From Paraspadella gotoi (taxonomy: Eukaryota; Animalia; Chaetognatha), in contig CM119269.1 of NCBI GenBank assembly GCA_051294375.1, forward strand, positions 18,650,471 through 18,714,470: a DNA stretch of 64,000 bases. The letters are read 5' to 3'. A program made the position numbers and the translations under genes. The notes under the pieces are model-generated. The model was not told where the DNA came from, searched no databases, and was given only the letters and a program-made list of their open reading frames with translations. Below are positions 22,976 through 40,137 of this stretch, piece by piece (positions within the stretch are counted from its first letter, which is position 1; each line of letters begins with the position of its first letter).

Positions 22976-23012
22976 AACAGTGAAGAGGGAGATAGAGGGG
23001 TGGAAGAGAGAG

Positions 23013-23135
<123 letters not shown>

Positions 23136-23675
23136 TGTCCGATTTTATACCAAATAAAATTAATTGTTGTTCCACGAAAAACTTTCGTCTTCCTTGAAAA
23201 GGAAATGTTAAATAAAATAGTATAGTGTATACAAAGGAAATTTAAAGATCTGAAAACTGAGGATAAAAAAAAAGGAGAATAAAATATTATAAAGATGACA
23301 GGATTATTACTGGACCAAAAAAAGAGACGTATTTAGCCGATGATGTATTGCTGAAATAAACAAATTTTCACCAAGATCACCTGAGATCAATTGAAGAGTT
23401 TCCTTGCTGCGTCCCTCGTTTCTTTCATAATTCGGATTCGGATTCAGATTCGTCGGATTTCGTCGTCGGAGACGAAAAGTGTCGCGTTAAATTTGAATGG
23501 ATTGGGCGCGATAAGAAATTTTTTTTTAAAAGTTTTTTTTTTCTGCCAAAAGAAACCGTGCGAAAAAAAATTATTTTTATGCGGAGGAATTTTTAACGAG
23601 ATCATAATCTTCGGTCAATGAGGAATTTAGCCGTTTCACTCACGAGATCCTGGACGCGGTCGAGTGAATTTTAAT

Positions 23676-23720
<45 letters not shown>

Positions 23721-23884
23721 GTTGAGAATATAAAAGCTTATTTTTAAGTTTTCTCACGTTTGACAAAACTAAGAATTACATTTAGAATAATACAAAATGA
23801 AAAAGCTTCTCGTTTTTGCCTGTCCACCTGCCGCTCAAAACCAGAAAATAACGCGTTAGACCGTAGCGACTGGAAGACGAGTTA

Positions 23885-24082
23885 TCATTGGTTGCCACTT
23901 CCCGTGTTGCCATCGGTTGCTCTTTCGGATGTTTGCTTTTTTTTGGTTGACGTAGGCAAGTGCAACCATTGGATGCCAAAATCGTTGCCATTGGATGCCG
24001 ACGAAACGCGTTTCCATTGGATACTAGTTACGCGAGTTGCCATTGGTTACCCAAGGACGGCGCCATTTTGATGACGTCACTA
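23885..24082. promoter_or_regulatory. Putative promoter between the divergent sialyltransferase and B3GalT genes: clustered ATTGG (CCAAT) boxes, a YY1-like site and a CRE
   Basis: About six CATTGG(T/A)T-type repeats, GGCGCCATTTTG at about 24059-24070 and TGACGTCA at 24072-24079. An E-box GTCACGTGAT lies at 24985-24994. Confidence 0.55.
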
Positions 24083-24367
24083 CTGTGATTAGACTTGATA
24101 TTTTGAGTAATTAGTCAGGTTAATGAGAGTCTAACGAAAATGCATTGTTAACCCATTTAGCTTTTGGAAAGGCGGAATTTTTGAAATCGCTGCGAGCTAG
24201 TCAAAGGGAAACATCTCATAATGGAATCCGCCGGCGTGAACGAAAATCCTTTTCAACACGGCACCTCCTCCTCATTCAGCTCCTCCTCTTCCTCTTTCGT
24301 TCTCAGCAGTTCATCCCCCTCCTCCTCTTATTCACATCTTTTTCTTCAATCCCTGTTGTCTTTTTCG

Positions 24368-24453
<86 letters not shown>

Positions 24454-24469
24454 CTCCTCTCTCTCTCTT

Positions 24470-24528
<59 letters not shown>

Positions 24529-24814
24529 CTCTCACTCTCTCTCTCTCTCTCTCTCTCTTTTCCCTTCTCTCGGGAGAGATGGAATTGATGAAAACAAAAG
24601 AGGAATAAAGTTCGAATTTTATTACTGGATCAGAAGGGAGATAAAGCACAGCGACAGGGAACAAACCTCAGTTTACCTTTTCTAAAGGCCTCTCTCTTTC
24701 TCTCTCTTTTCTTTCTCTCTTTTCATCAATCTAAAAAAGGCGGTAGAAGCTTTGTCTCTCTCGCTCAAAACGTTTTTGCATTAAACGATTTATCCTAATA
24801 AAAAAGTATTTGTC

Positions 24815-24853
<39 letters not shown>

Positions 24854-25208
24854 CTCTCTCTCTCTCTCTCCTCTCTCATCTCTCTCTCTCATCTCTTCTC
24901 TCTTCTCTTTTCTTTACTCTTCAGTTCACCAATCCGTTTCGTCGTCGTCGTCCTTGCAATTCCATTGGTTCACGTTTTAGCCGAGTCACGTGATTCTTGC
25001 GCCTCGCTGCCAAGATAGAATCCGACGAAGAGATCTGATTCACAAAAATTCACGTAATATTCTCTTTCGACAGTTTCGTTATAATGTACATTTTAAAAAG
25101 ATTTAATCTTTAGACGAAACGGATTTTGCAGATAAATTGTAAGTTGGTTTAAAATTTAAAAATTCAAAAAGGTTAATTAATTAATATAAAGACAAAAGAG
25201 GAATAAGA

Positions 25209-25302
<94 letters not shown>

Positions 25303-26667
25303 CACGAATCCACCAAATAGCAACTCACTATTCGATCTTTTATTTATTGATAATTGTTTCAAATGTATCAAATAATTCAAAGCTAATGGATGTCACGGTA
25401 GCGACGCCGATGCCAGGGTCGACGTCTCCGGCGTCATCGTCGTCGTCATCATCATCGTCTTCGTCGTCGTCACGATGTGACAAAGAAGGAGAGAAGGGAT
25501 TTTGTCAAAAGGTAAACAAAGGAAATATAAGGGAAGAAGAAAACAGAATTCAAGGTTATAGGAAACTTGCGAGCTGAGCGACTGACCGAAACGAAAAAAT
25601 AAATGCGTGTTTACACAAAAACTTCATCGTAAGTAGAGAATGAAACCCGAGAAAAATACTTCGATCCCAAACAAATACGAAGCATAATATTGTGGAAGAA
25701 AACTACAAAAAAAAAAGTGGGGAAATTATAAATCAGGTTCATAAAAAAAAAAATAACATTTTCACTTTTCATGACATAAAAGGGGTACACGGAAAAGCTA
25801 AAAAAAAAATCAAATATTATAGAAAAGAATACGAATCCTATACAAATAGAGAATGGAAAAAATCTACGAGCAAAAAAGAAGATAATGCAAACAGAGAGAG
25901 AGAGAGATAAAGAAAAGAGAAAAAGTGAGGAAGAGAAAGAGATATTAAGGAAGAGAGAAAGAAAGAGAGAGAGAGATGCCATTTTGCCATCTCTCGTCAT
26001 CCGGATCGGTTTTTTTTTTCAGCTACTGCGACTTTCCTCGTCTTTTTTTTTTAAATTGTCGATTCTAAACAATAAACGAAAATATTTCGAAGTTTGAATT
26101 AAATAAATAATTAATTAATCAATCAATCTTCCACCTTCAGGGAAAACAAACACGATATGAAACCGACGGAAGTGACGGCGGGAAAAGAAATAAAAGCGGG
26201 AAGAGCGATCGGAGGAAAACGAGCGAATCGTTGAGAAACGACATCTATTGTTCGATCACGAATCACGGCAAGTTGTTATGAAGAAATTAAAAATATTTGA
26301 AAACGTCAAACGATCTATTATTTTAAACCAAAAAAAAACCAACTAATATTACTGAAAATGTAATACTATGAAGTATGAACGTCGACTTTTTCACCTTTCG
26401 CAGAATCTCTTCGCGGCCGCGACGTCTCTCTCCGCCAACCGAGACTCTTCGGCCACGCACAGAAACGATCATTTCCGGCCGATCCCACTCCGTACTGCGG
26501 CAACCAGTCCCCAGGGGACCCCTGTCGGCCAAAATTCAGACTCTTTTCGTCGGATAAATGGAGGGGTCTCCCCGCGACGACGACGACGACGACGACGTCG
26601 ATGACGACGAAAACTACGACGACGTTTACGACATTTTGACGACAGGGACGCGGACGCCGCCTCCACC

Positions 26668-27181
26668 ATGAGTTCTCACCCTTCCGCCGCTTCCTCCACG
26701 CCCTCGAGACTCACGCCCTCAAAGTCGCTCCTCCGCCACATCAAGATCCTCGTCCTCTGGTTCGTCATCTTCGGCTGCGGCGTCTGCTGCTACTCTTGTC
26801 ATCTTCCTCTCTTACGACGGCGTCATAAGCCGCGTATTTTCCGGCGTCGCCACTGTGGGAGGAGGCGGAGGCCAAGATAGACAAAGATTCAAAACGAACG
26901 CCGTCGGCGTCTTCTTCGTCGTCGAGCCGACGCGCCAAAGGGTTTGTCGACGGCGCCGCTTCCACCAAGAAGAGCGCCAGCGTCGCCAACGCCCGACCAG
27001 ACACTTGCGTCGCCTGCAACGTTCATCGCTACCGTCTCGTCATCAATAACCCGGACGTTTGCACAAACGGATCGACCCATTCCTTCTCATGCTGGTCGTG
27101 TCGCGTCACAGATCGCGATCCGCGCGCGCACGCCATCCGCGCTACGTGGGCGAGCGTTACGCGGAACAACACCAGCGAGGT

Positions 27182-27269
<88 letters not shown>

Positions 27270-28261
27270 GAATCCACCAAATAGCAACTCACTATTCGAT
27301 CTTTATTTATTGATAATTGTTTCAAATGTATCAAATAATTCAAAGCTAATGGATGTCACGGTAGCGACGCCGAGAGAGAAAAGAAACGACACCCCGCGAC
27401 AATCCTAATTCTTCACCTCAGGTCCGCGCCGTGTTCCTCTTCGGCCGCAGCTCCGATCCCGCCCTCGACGAGATGATCCGACGCGAGGCGGCGCTGCACC
27501 GCGACGTTGTGCAGGAGGATTTCCTCGACACTTACCTTAACCTTACCCTCAAGACGATGATGGGGTTGAAGTGGGCGGTCGAGTTCTGTCCGGGGGTACG
27601 GTTCGTTTTTTAAGGTGAGCGGGAAGAAAATTAATGAAATCAGGGGAAGGTGTTGCTGTTGCAATTTAAAAAAACATTTTATTAATTCGTAGCATTATAT
27701 ATCCTTAATGATGACTGTTCAATATTCACATCAAAAACCATCTGTCATGTCATCATTCTTTCCATGGCCGCTTCTCCCGCCAGGTGGACGACGACATGTT
27801 CGCCAACGTGGCCAACCTTCTCCGCTACCTCCGTGCGCCCGCCCCTCGCGACGACCTCGTCGGCGGCCGCTGCTGCCACGGCTGCACCCCGATCCGCAAT
27901 CCCAAGTCAAAGTGGCACGCCTCGGTGGCCCAGTATCCGCACCCGGCCTACCTGACATCTGTTCGGCACCTCCTACGTGCTCTCCCATGAAAGCTGCGGC
28001 CCGCATCTTCCGCGCCTCCAGCGACGTGCCTTTCTTCCACCTGGAGGACGTCTACACGAACCGGCTTGGTGGCCAACCGTCCGACTCGGCCTCCGCCTAC
28101 TCCCATCCCTGGCTTCTTTAACTACAAACCCGCTTTCAAGGAATGCTTCTACAAGACGAGCCTCATCTCCAGCCACGGGTACAACGGGCGGACTATTTCG
28201 AGACACGTGGCGGAAATTGGAGGCCGTGTCGGCGAAGAGATGCTCGGCGAAGAAGAGCTGA
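26668..28261 (+). pseudogene. Frameshifted copy of the GT31 beta-1,3-galactosyltransferase-like gene (probably a low-quality assembly copy rather than a true pseudogene)
   Basis: Same three exons as 36605-38227 but with several 1-bp indels breaking the frame. Confidence 0.7.
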
Positions 28262-29102
28262 GGAGAAGCGTTGCTAGAAAGATGAAGGCTTTGTGTGGTT
28301 GAGACCATTGGAAGATCGGAAGAGTCCGGTTTAATGACCCGTAAAAACCAAAGATATCAAGTTTTCAGGAACTTTTCGACTGGCGGAAAAATAAAAGCGA
28401 AGGAATAAGGAAATTTAAAAAAAAGAACAGAGAAAGGTAAAGAAAAGCTGACCCTAAATACATAAAGACATGCGGAGAGACGACTAGTCAAAACAAAAAG
28501 AGTTGAAGGCGAGGACATGAGGAACCAATTTTGTGGACATCCGTTAGGGCGACAAAATTATGTCTGTTTTGATACACAATTGTTTTTGGTTTTTATCTCT
28601 CCAGCAAAGTTTTTATGAATTTCATTCACCTATCAACGTGCTTACGTCCAATACTCACGCAAATGAACAAAAATTGACGATATTTTTCCCTGCATACTGA
28701 ATAACTACCGTGTTTCTGAATCAATTGAACTATCTGAAAATGCTTTTAAAACATTCTATATTTTTTAAACAAACAGAGATCCCGACAAATTTTTGTTGTA
28801 GCTAAAAGAAAGAAGCGAACATCAAAAAGAAATTAATAGGTTTACAATTATTATCAACCAAATACTAATATCTGGCTGTTTCGAAAAGTTACGCTTTCAA
28901 TAAAAGCTTTATTCGCTTAAATCCCTTAAAATGTAATTTGTATAAATCATATGCGATTGAGTCGAATACAAACAAGGTCTAAAATCTGTATTAATAAATC
29001 CGACGAATTAGTTTTTTGCTATTAACTTTCCCTCCCGCTATGTTTTTTCCAACTCACTCTTAACGCCCCCTACCGTCCAACTTGCTCGTAAAATCGTTAT
29101 CG

Positions 29103-29655
29103 TTTTTTAGTCGGATCTGCTTATCAGCAGATACCGACTCTCTAATTCACTTTGTCGGTCCGTCGGTCCGCCCCTCAATCTTGTCGGGCATATCACTTAA
29201 TATCATGTCGAAACATCGAATTATGCATAAATTATGCAAAAAAAAAACGATGTCCGTCCATCTGTCCGTCCATCCGTCCCACCTTAACCAAAAATTTTAA
29301 TTGCTCGTGATTGGATGAATCGGATTGAAATGAAATTATTTATCTGGATATGAAGTTTCGATAAAATCGTGCAAGTGGAAATAAGTTTAAATATGCAAAA
29401 CAAATATCTATTTCACTATTTGAACGCCAATAACTCATGAGTGGATTTGGCGATTGACTTTAAATTTTGTATGTGGTTAGGAAAGTGTGTGATTAAGCTG
29501 GAATCAAGTTTCGATGAAATCGTCTGAATGGAAATGAGTTTAAATGGAAACTCGTGGTCAGTGACGAAAAAACTTAAAAACAAACTTTGGATCAAATTAA
29601 TTAATTTATTAATTTATTTACCCGCTAATGATCGGGGCAGATCCGACAATTGTTT
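29103..29655 (+). mobile_element. Non-autonomous Helentron/DINE-1-like element (second copy about 39070-39621)
   Basis: Starts in a T-run with the hairpin GTCGGATCTGC-ttatca-GCAGATACCGAC, followed by GTCC-type microsatellite (gtcggtccgtcggtccg, gtccgtccatctgtccgtcc). It ends with the matching sub-TIR GCAGATCCGAC before TTGTTT. Confidence 0.6.
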
Positions 29656-30029
29656 GCTCAAACTTGTTTTAAATTCTAATCATTATTCCTTAACGAAAAC
29701 AAAAACCAAAACAAATTCCTACAACTTTGTGAGCCACCGATGTTTTAATTCTGATTGTTCTTGGAAAAGTTTGTGAAAATTTGTAAACTGTTCTTAACTT
29801 AACCGAAAAAAAGACTAATTTATTCTTAAATTTTCTTGGCTCCGCTTTACTTTTACAGGGAGAATAACAATGAAAAGCCTTTTATTACGAAGCTTATAAT
29901 GCAAAATCAAAACAAAATGGTTGTCCAAAAAAAAATTTTACCGACAAGAATTAACTGAAAAAGGAAAAGTTCGAACGTTAGAAGGTGAAAGCTCGTGTAA
30001 TGGAAAGTCCTTGTTAAATGGAGAAGCGG

Positions 30030-30054
30030 NNNNNNNNNNNNNNNNNNNNNNNNN
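30030..30054. other. Assembly gap (25 N)
   Basis: Run of n characters. Confidence 1.
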
Positions 30055-30055
30055 A

Positions 30056-30302
30056 TCGGCTGCAGAAAAAGTTGGAAGATGAGAAAAGACGATGACGAGC
30101 GAGTTTGCGGAAGACTGGAGCGAAGAGGGGGTGGGGGGGTGCGAGGGTTACGAATTGGGCGCGGTAGACAAATTAGTGTGATGTAATATGAGAGGATGCA
30201 ATGGATGCTTAGATTTTATCGATATATTGTGGAGGACGGTCGATAATATAATATATTAATATATGTGAACATAGAGCAATCGATAAAAAATGTGTGAATG
30301 AG

Positions 30303-30377
<75 letters not shown>

Positions 30378-31719
30378 CTTCTCACCTTCCTCCTTCCCCT
30401 GAGTTTGAGTCCATAAGGGAGATTATAGACGGAGAGTTTGTCGAAGGAAGTCTGATTAAGGATTTCGTTGGCGGAGAGAAAAAGAGGAACGGAGGCAGCG
30501 AAGCGACTTTGGAAGAAAGTGGAGTTGTTGTGGAGGACGTTGGATGTGGGGCATCGCTGGAGAAGGGGCGGGGAGAGGTTTAGGTAGAACAGGTACACAA
30601 AAGGTAGGCAGAGACCCACATATAAACAGGGAATGTCATCAATATAGTGGATTAACATCCACCAACCGTTCAGAGCGGTTTTGTGGCCTGTGTGGCAATT
30701 TATACACCTCCCAACCCAAAGGTCCGGGGTTCTAGCTCGGTGGCCGCCTAGCAGTAAAGAGAGAGTTCAGGGGCCGCTGTATTAACTAATTACTTAATAC
30801 TATTTAATTCATTACTATATTTCTGTCTTTTTATTGGTAAGCCAGATACTGACAAAAAAAACAAGTGACACTCTTCCCTCTCTCACCCTAAACCGGAAGC
30901 GTTTTGTACTCTTCTACTTCGGCAGCGGCAGCGCCTTCAGCGGAACAGATTTCGTCCTTAGCCATGTCAAAATCTTCGGGTGGATCCTCCATCGCCATGA
31001 AGGCTTTCAGGGGCAAGGCCAATGAGAGTGTCGTTCTCAGCGCCTCCGATATGAGTGAGGCTCTCACAGTGCCGCGTGCGGTGCCATGGTCATCCTTCTG
31101 ACCCGATCCCTTCCCGACCACTCGACCGGAGTCGACGCCGGGTTTGTCCCGATCGGGAAAGAGGCGCGCCGAGAGCCTTTCTTCCGTCGCTGCGCCGCTG
31201 ATTCCCAGTTGCGTCTCTTGAAGGCGAAGTTGATGGAGAAACTGCGTCGCTGTCATTGTCGTCGTCTCGATTCTGAAACGACAGGGATGGGGAGGGAGAA
31301 AACAGCAGTTGGATGTTTAAAGCCTCTTTTCTAATGTGAATTTACACTCATGCGCTGTGAAATTTACTGCACTGTGCTCGAATTTCAAAGCTGAAAGTAT
31401 CTTAAAAATAAAACGTTTTCAATAACTGTAAATCAAAGATAATTACTATGTAGGTTATGCTTTTTAAAACAGATACATTGATTTTAAAATCGATTCGTTA
31501 AATGATCTTTATTTAAATTAATAACCTTGGAACAATTATCCTTTTTCTCACGGGCTTGTAGTTGTAAGCAGCGCAAACGAAGACGGCGACGAAGACGAAA
31601 GAAAGAAGACGAAAGTTTTAACGAATTGACGTCGTCGTCGTCGACGTCAGTTTTGCCGATAGAGCGCCGTCTTCTTCGTCATCGTCGTCGTCAAGGGAAT
31701 TCATCGCCTGGCGTTGCAT
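30056..31719 (-). pseudogene. Partial duplicate of the sialyltransferase 5' exons; catalytic exons cut off by the gap
   Basis: Matches 20051-21750 with extra indels and stops at the N gap. Confidence 0.7.
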
Positions 31720-32983
31720 CCAATTCTGAATGGAAGATAGGAATGATCACTAAACAGTGTGTCCCCCTTTTCCCCCCATTTATTTGTTTGCCTTTTGTTA
31801 TTACCGTTTCTGCCTATAGATGTCTCTTTTCTTTCTTTAGGAGATTTCACTCTTCTTTTTCTTACTAGATATTCTCGGCCACATTATAGATACTTAAAAC
31901 TTTTCCACCCGTCCTTTTACGAGGCATAGGATTCCTTCACGTCACGTCACGTCACTCTTTTGATACCGTTTACAGACAGTGACATTGCGGCCATAGAGCC
32001 CACCGTGAGACCACACTTCGGGACTCGTGGATGCGCTTGTGGTCAGACTTTAGCTCTGTCATAAACTTGTGGACGGACTTGTGGTCCACTCCATTGGACC
32101 ACACTTGGGTGACGACAACCTCGCCGACCAGGAACTCATGGCGCCGACTTACGGCGCGACCGAGCCCTGACTTCCGTTACTGTAGAGATATGTCCCCCTT
32201 TTCCCCCCATTTATTTGTTTGCCTTTTGTTATTACCATTTCTGCCGATAGATGTCTCTTTTCTTTTCTTTAGGAGATTCCACTCCTCTTTCTTTTCTTAC
32301 CAGATATACTTAGGCTCATGTAGATACTTAGAACTTTTCCGCCCATCATCAAACTGCCTTTTACAAGGCTCAGGACACCTTCACATCACCCTTTTAATCA
32401 CCTTTTGTTACCGTTTCTCAGACAGTTGTGACAAGGCCATAGAGCCCACATGAGGGCCACACTTTGACAGACTTGTGGATGCGTTGGTGGTCAGACTATA
32501 GCTTCCATCACCGACTTGTGGACGGACTTGTGGTCTACGCCATCAGACCATACGAGTGACGATACCCTCGCTGACCACGGCGCCAGTCCATGGCGTTCTC
32601 GGACTCGGTCTCCCGTCACTACGGACGTCCCGACGTCATCGGTGCTCATGCTTCGGCGCCAGACGCGGCCACGCCCATTTCCGGAGACGCTTGCGAGGGA
32701 CGTGGAGGACAACTCTCCTCGCGACGGCGGCGAAGCAGAGGCGGCTCCACGTGCACACGGCAAGTGTTCGTACAGTTACCACCGCGACCCGACGTCTTCG
32801 ACGTACGCGCAACGGGGTCAGACGCGGCCACGCAATTTCCGGAAACGTCAGCGAGGGACGAGGAGGACTACTCTACTCCGTAGCGACCCGACAGCGGCGA
32901 AGCAAAGGCGACTCTATGGGCACACGGCAAGTGTTCATACACACTGAACAGTGAAGAGGGAGATAGAGGGGTGGAAGAGAGAG

Positions 32984-33064
<81 letters not shown>

Positions 33065-33603
33065 TGTCCGATTTTATACCAAATAAAATTAATTGTTGTT
33101 CCACGAAAAACTTTCGTCTTCCTTGAAAAGGAAATGTTAAATAAAATAGTATAGTGTATACAAAGGAAATTTAAAGATCTGAAAACTGAGGATAAAAAAA
33201 AGGAGAATAAAATATTATAAAGATGACAGGATTATTACTTGGACCAAAAAAAGAGACGTATTTAGCCGATGATGTATTGCTGAAATAAACAAATTTTCAC
33301 CAAGATCACCTGAGATCAATTGAAGAGTTTCCTTGCTGCGTCCTCGTTTCTTTCATAATTCGGATTCGGATTCAGATTCGTCGGATTTCGTCGTCGGAGA
33401 CGAAAGTGTCGCGTTAAATTTGAATGGATTGGGCGCGATAAGAAATTTTTTTTTAAAAGTTTTTTTTTTCTGCCAAAAGAAACCGTGCGAAAAAAAATTA
33501 TTTTTTATGCGGAGGAATTTTTAACGAGATCATAATCTTCGGTCAATGAGGAATTTAGCCGTTTCACTCACGAGATCCTGGACGCGGTCGAGTGAATTTT
33601 AAT

Positions 33604-33688
<85 letters not shown>

Positions 33689-34348
33689 AGAGAGTTTGCG
33701 AGTTGAGAATATAAAAGCTTATTTTTAAGTTTTCTCACGTTTGACAAAACTAAGAATTACATTTAGAATAATACAAAATGAAAAAGCTTCTCGTTTTTGC
33801 CTGTCCACCTGCCGCTCAAAACCAGAAAATAACGCGTTAGACCGTAGCGACTGGAAGACGAGTTATCATTGGTTGCCACTTCCCGTGTTGCCATCGGTTG
33901 CTCTTTCGGATGTTTGCTTTTTTTTGGTTGACGTAGGCAAGTGCAACCATTGGATGCCAAAATCGTTGCCATTGGATGCCGACGAAACGCGTTTCCATTG
34001 GATACTAGTTACGCGAGTTGCCATTGGTTACCCAAGGACGGCGCCATTTTGATGACGTCACTACTGTGATTAGACTTGATATTTTGAGTAATTAGTCAGG
34101 TTAATGAGAGTCTAACGAAAATGCATTGTTAACCCATTTAGCTTTTGGAAAGGCGGAATTTTTGAAATCGCTGCGAGCTAGTCAAAGGGAAACATCTCAT
34201 AATGGAATCCGCCGGCGTGAACGAAAATCCTTTTCAACACGGCACCTCCTCCTCATTCAGCTCCTCCTCTTCCTCTTTCGTTCTCAGCAGTTCATCCCCC
34301 TCCTCCTCTTATTCACATCTTTTTCTTCAATCCCTGTTGTCTTTTTCG

Positions 34349-34510
<162 letters not shown>

Positions 34511-34779
34511 CTCTTTTCCCCTTCTCTCGGGAGAGATGGAATTGATGAAAACAAAAGAGGAATAAAGTTCGAATTTTATTACTGATCAGAAGGGAGATAA
34601 AGCACAGCGACAGGGAACAAACCTCAGGTTTACCCTTTTCCTAAAGGCCTCTCTCTTTCTCTCTCTTTTCTTTCTCTCCTTTCTTTTCATCAATCTAAAA
34701 AAGGCGGTAGAAGCTTTGTCTCTCTCGCTCAAAACGTTTTTGCATTAAACGATTTATCCTAATAAAAAAAGTATTTGTC

Positions 34780-34843
<64 letters not shown>

Positions 34844-35131
34844 TTCTCTTTGTTCACCCAATCCGTTTCCGTCGTCGTCGTCCTTGCAATTCCATTGGTT
34901 CACGGTTTTAGCCGAGTCACGTGATTCTTGCGCCTCGCTGCCAAGATAGAATCCGACGAAGAGATCTGATTCACAAAAATTTCACGTAATATTCTCTTTC
35001 GACAGTTTCGTTATAATGTACATTTAAAAAGATTTAATCTTTAGACGAAACGGATTTTGCAGATAAATTGTAAGTTGGTTTAAAATTTAAAAATTCAAAA
35101 GGTTAATTAATTAATATAAAGACAAAAGAGG

Positions 35132-35242
<111 letters not shown>

Positions 35243-36604
35243 ACGAATCCACCAAATAGCAACTCACTATTCGATCTTTATTTATTGATAATTGTTTCAA
35301 ATGTATCAAATAATTCAAAGCTAATGGATGTCACGGTAGCGACGCCGATGCCAGGGTCGACGTCTCCGGCGTCATCGTCGTCGTCATCATCATCGTCTTC
35401 GTCGTCGTCACGATGTGACAAAGAAGAGAGAAGGGATTTTGTCAAAAGGTAAACAAAGGAAATATAAGGGAAGAAGAAAACAGAATTCAAGGTTATAGGA
35501 AACTTGCGAGCTGAGCGACTGACCGAAACGAAAAAAATAATGCGTGTTTACACAAAACTTCATCGTAAGTAGAGAATGAACCCGAGAAAATATACTTCGA
35601 TCCCAACAAATACGAAGCATAATATTGTGGAAGAAACTACAAAAAAAAAGTGGGGAAATTATAAATCAGGTTCATAAAAAAAAAAATAACATTTTCACTT
35701 TTCATGACATAAAAGGGTACACGGAAAAGCTAAAAAAAATCAATATTATAGAAAAGAATACGATCCTATACAAATAGAGAATGGAAAAAATCTACGAGCA
35801 AAAAAGAAGATAATGCAAACAGAGAGAGAGAGAGATAAAGAAAAAGAGAAAAAGTGAGGAAGAGAAAGAGATTAAGGAAGAGAGAAAGAAAGAGAGAGAG
35901 AGATGCCATTTTGCCATCTCTCGTCATCCGGATCGGTTTTTTTTTTCAGCTACTGCGACTTTCCTCGTCTTTTTTTTTTTAAATTGTCGATTCTAAACAA
36001 TAAACGAAAATATTTCGAAGTTTGAATTAAATAAATAATTAATTAATCAATCAATCTTCCACCTTCAGGGAAAACAAACACGATAAAACCGACGGAAGTG
36101 ACGGCGGGAAAAGAAATAAAAGCGGGAAGAGCGATCGGAGGAAAACGAGCGAATCGTTGAGAAACGACATCTATTGTTCGATCACGAATCACGGCAAGTT
36201 GTTATGAAGAAATTAAAAATATTTGAAACGTCAAACGATCTATTATTTTAAACCAAAAAAAAAACCAACTAATATTACTGAAAATGTAATACTATGAAGT
36301 ATGAACGTCGACTTTTTCACCTTTCGCAGAATCTCTTCCGCGCCGCGACGTCTCTCTCCGCCAACCGAGACTCTTCGGCCACGCCCACAGAAAAACGATC
36401 ATTTCCGGCCGATCCCCACTCCGTACTGCGGCAACCAGTCCCCAGGGGACCCCTGTCGGCCAAAAATTCAGACTCTTTTCGTCGGATAAATGGAGGGGTC
36501 TCCCCGCCGACGACGACGACGACGACGACGACGTCGATGACGACGAAAACTACGACGACGTTTACGACATTTTTGACGACAGGGACGCGGACGCCGCCTC
36601 CACC

Positions 36605-38227
<1,623 letters not shown>

Positions 38228-40137
38228 GGAGAAGCGTTGCTAGAAAGATGAAGGCTTTGTGTGGTTGAGACATTGGAAGATCGGAAGAGTCGGTTTAATG
38301 ACCCGTAAAAACCAAAGATATCAAGTTTTCAGGAACTTTCGACTGGCGGAAAAATAAAAGCGAAGGAATATAGGAAATTTAAAAAAAAGAACAGAGAAGG
38401 TAAAGAAAAGCTGACCCTAAATACATAAAGACATGCGGAGAGACGACTAGTCAAAACAAAAAAGAGTTGAAGGCGAGGACATGAGGAACCAATTTTGTGG
38501 ACATCCGTTAGGGCGACAAAATTATGTCTGTTTTGATACACAATTGTTTTTGGTTTTTATCTCTCCAGCAAAGTTTTTATGAATTTCATTCACCTATCAA
38601 CGTGCTTACGTCCCAATACTCACGCAAATGACAAAAATTGACGATATTTTTCCCTGCATACTGAATAACTACCGTGTTTCTGAATCAATTGAACTATCTG
38701 AAAATGCTTTTAAAACATTCATATATTTTTAAACAAACAGAGATCCCGACAAATTTTTGTTCGTAGCTAAAAGAAAGAAGCGAACATCAAAAAGAATTAA
38801 TAGGTTACAATTAATTATCAAACCAAATACTAATATCTGGCTGTTTCGAAAAAGTTACGCTTTCAATAAAAGCTTTATTCGCTTTAAATCCCTTAAAATG
38901 TAATTTGTATAAATCATATGCGAATTGAGTCGAATCAAACAAGGGTCTAAAATCTGTATTAATAAATCCGACGAATTAGTTTTTGCTATTAACTTTCCCT
39001 CCCGCTATGTTTTTCCAACTCACTCTTAACGCCCCCTACCGTCCAACTTGCTCGTAAAATCGGTTATCGTTTTTTAGTCGGATCTGCTTATCAGCAGATA
39101 CCGACTCTCTAATTCACTTTGTCGGTCCGTCGGTCCGCCCCCTCAATCTTGTCGGGCATTCACTTATATCATGTCAGAACATCGAATTATCATAAATTAT
39201 GCAAAAAAAAAAACGATGTCCGTCCATCTGTCCGTCCATCCGTCCCACCTTAACCAAAAATTTTAATTGCTCGTGATTGGATGAATGGATTGAAATGAAA
39301 TTATTTATCTGGATATGAAGTTTCGATAAAATCGTGCAAGTGGAAATAAGTTTAAATATGCAAAACAAATATCTATTTCACTATTTGAACGCCAATAACT
39401 CATGAGTGGATTTGGCGATTGACTTTAAATTTTGTATGTGGTTAGGAAAGTGTGTGATTAAGCTGGAAATCAAGTTTCGATGAAATCGTCTGAATGGAAA
39501 TGAGTTTAAATGGAAAACTCGTGGTCAGTGACGAAAAAACTTAAAAACAAACTTTGGATCAAATTAATTAATTTATTAATTTATTTACCGCTAATGATCG
39601 TGGGCAGATCCGACATTGTTTGCTCAAACTTGTTTTAATTCTAATCATTATTCCTTAACGAAAACAAAAACCAAAACAAATTCCTACAACTTTGTGAGCC
39701 ACCGATGTTTTAATTCTGATTGTTCTTGGAAAAGTTTGTGAAAATTTGTAAACTGTTCTTAACTTAACCGAAAAAAAGACTAATTTATTCTTAAATTTCT
39801 TGGCTCGCTTTACTTTTACAGGGGAGAATAACAATGAAAAGCCTTTTATTACGAAGCTTATAATGCAAAATCAAAACAAAATGGTTGTCCAAAAAAAAAT
39901 TTTACGACAAGAATTACACTGAAAAAGGACAAAGTTCGACGTTAGAAGGTGAAAGCTCGTGTAATGGGAAAGTCCTTGTTAAATGGAGAGCGCAAGTTTG
40001 AATTTTTCACTGTTATACGTTTTGTTAATTAATAAAAACGACGTATCAGATTTTAAATCGCGTGTACTACACGGAAATAAATGCTCTTCTGTTTACCGAC
40101 GTACAGGAGATTTCCCGCCGCCTACCCCCCCCCTTCC

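Noticed and set aside
22545-22983. Three overlapping GC-rich ORFs in the repeat block
   Set aside because: They lie in tandem repeats, frames differ between the two assembly copies and no protein motif is recognisable.
24145-24685. ORF-track proteins rich in SLSL/ERER (also at about 23000, 34126, 45182, 49404, 57332)
   Set aside because: These are translations of (CT/GA)n microsatellites.
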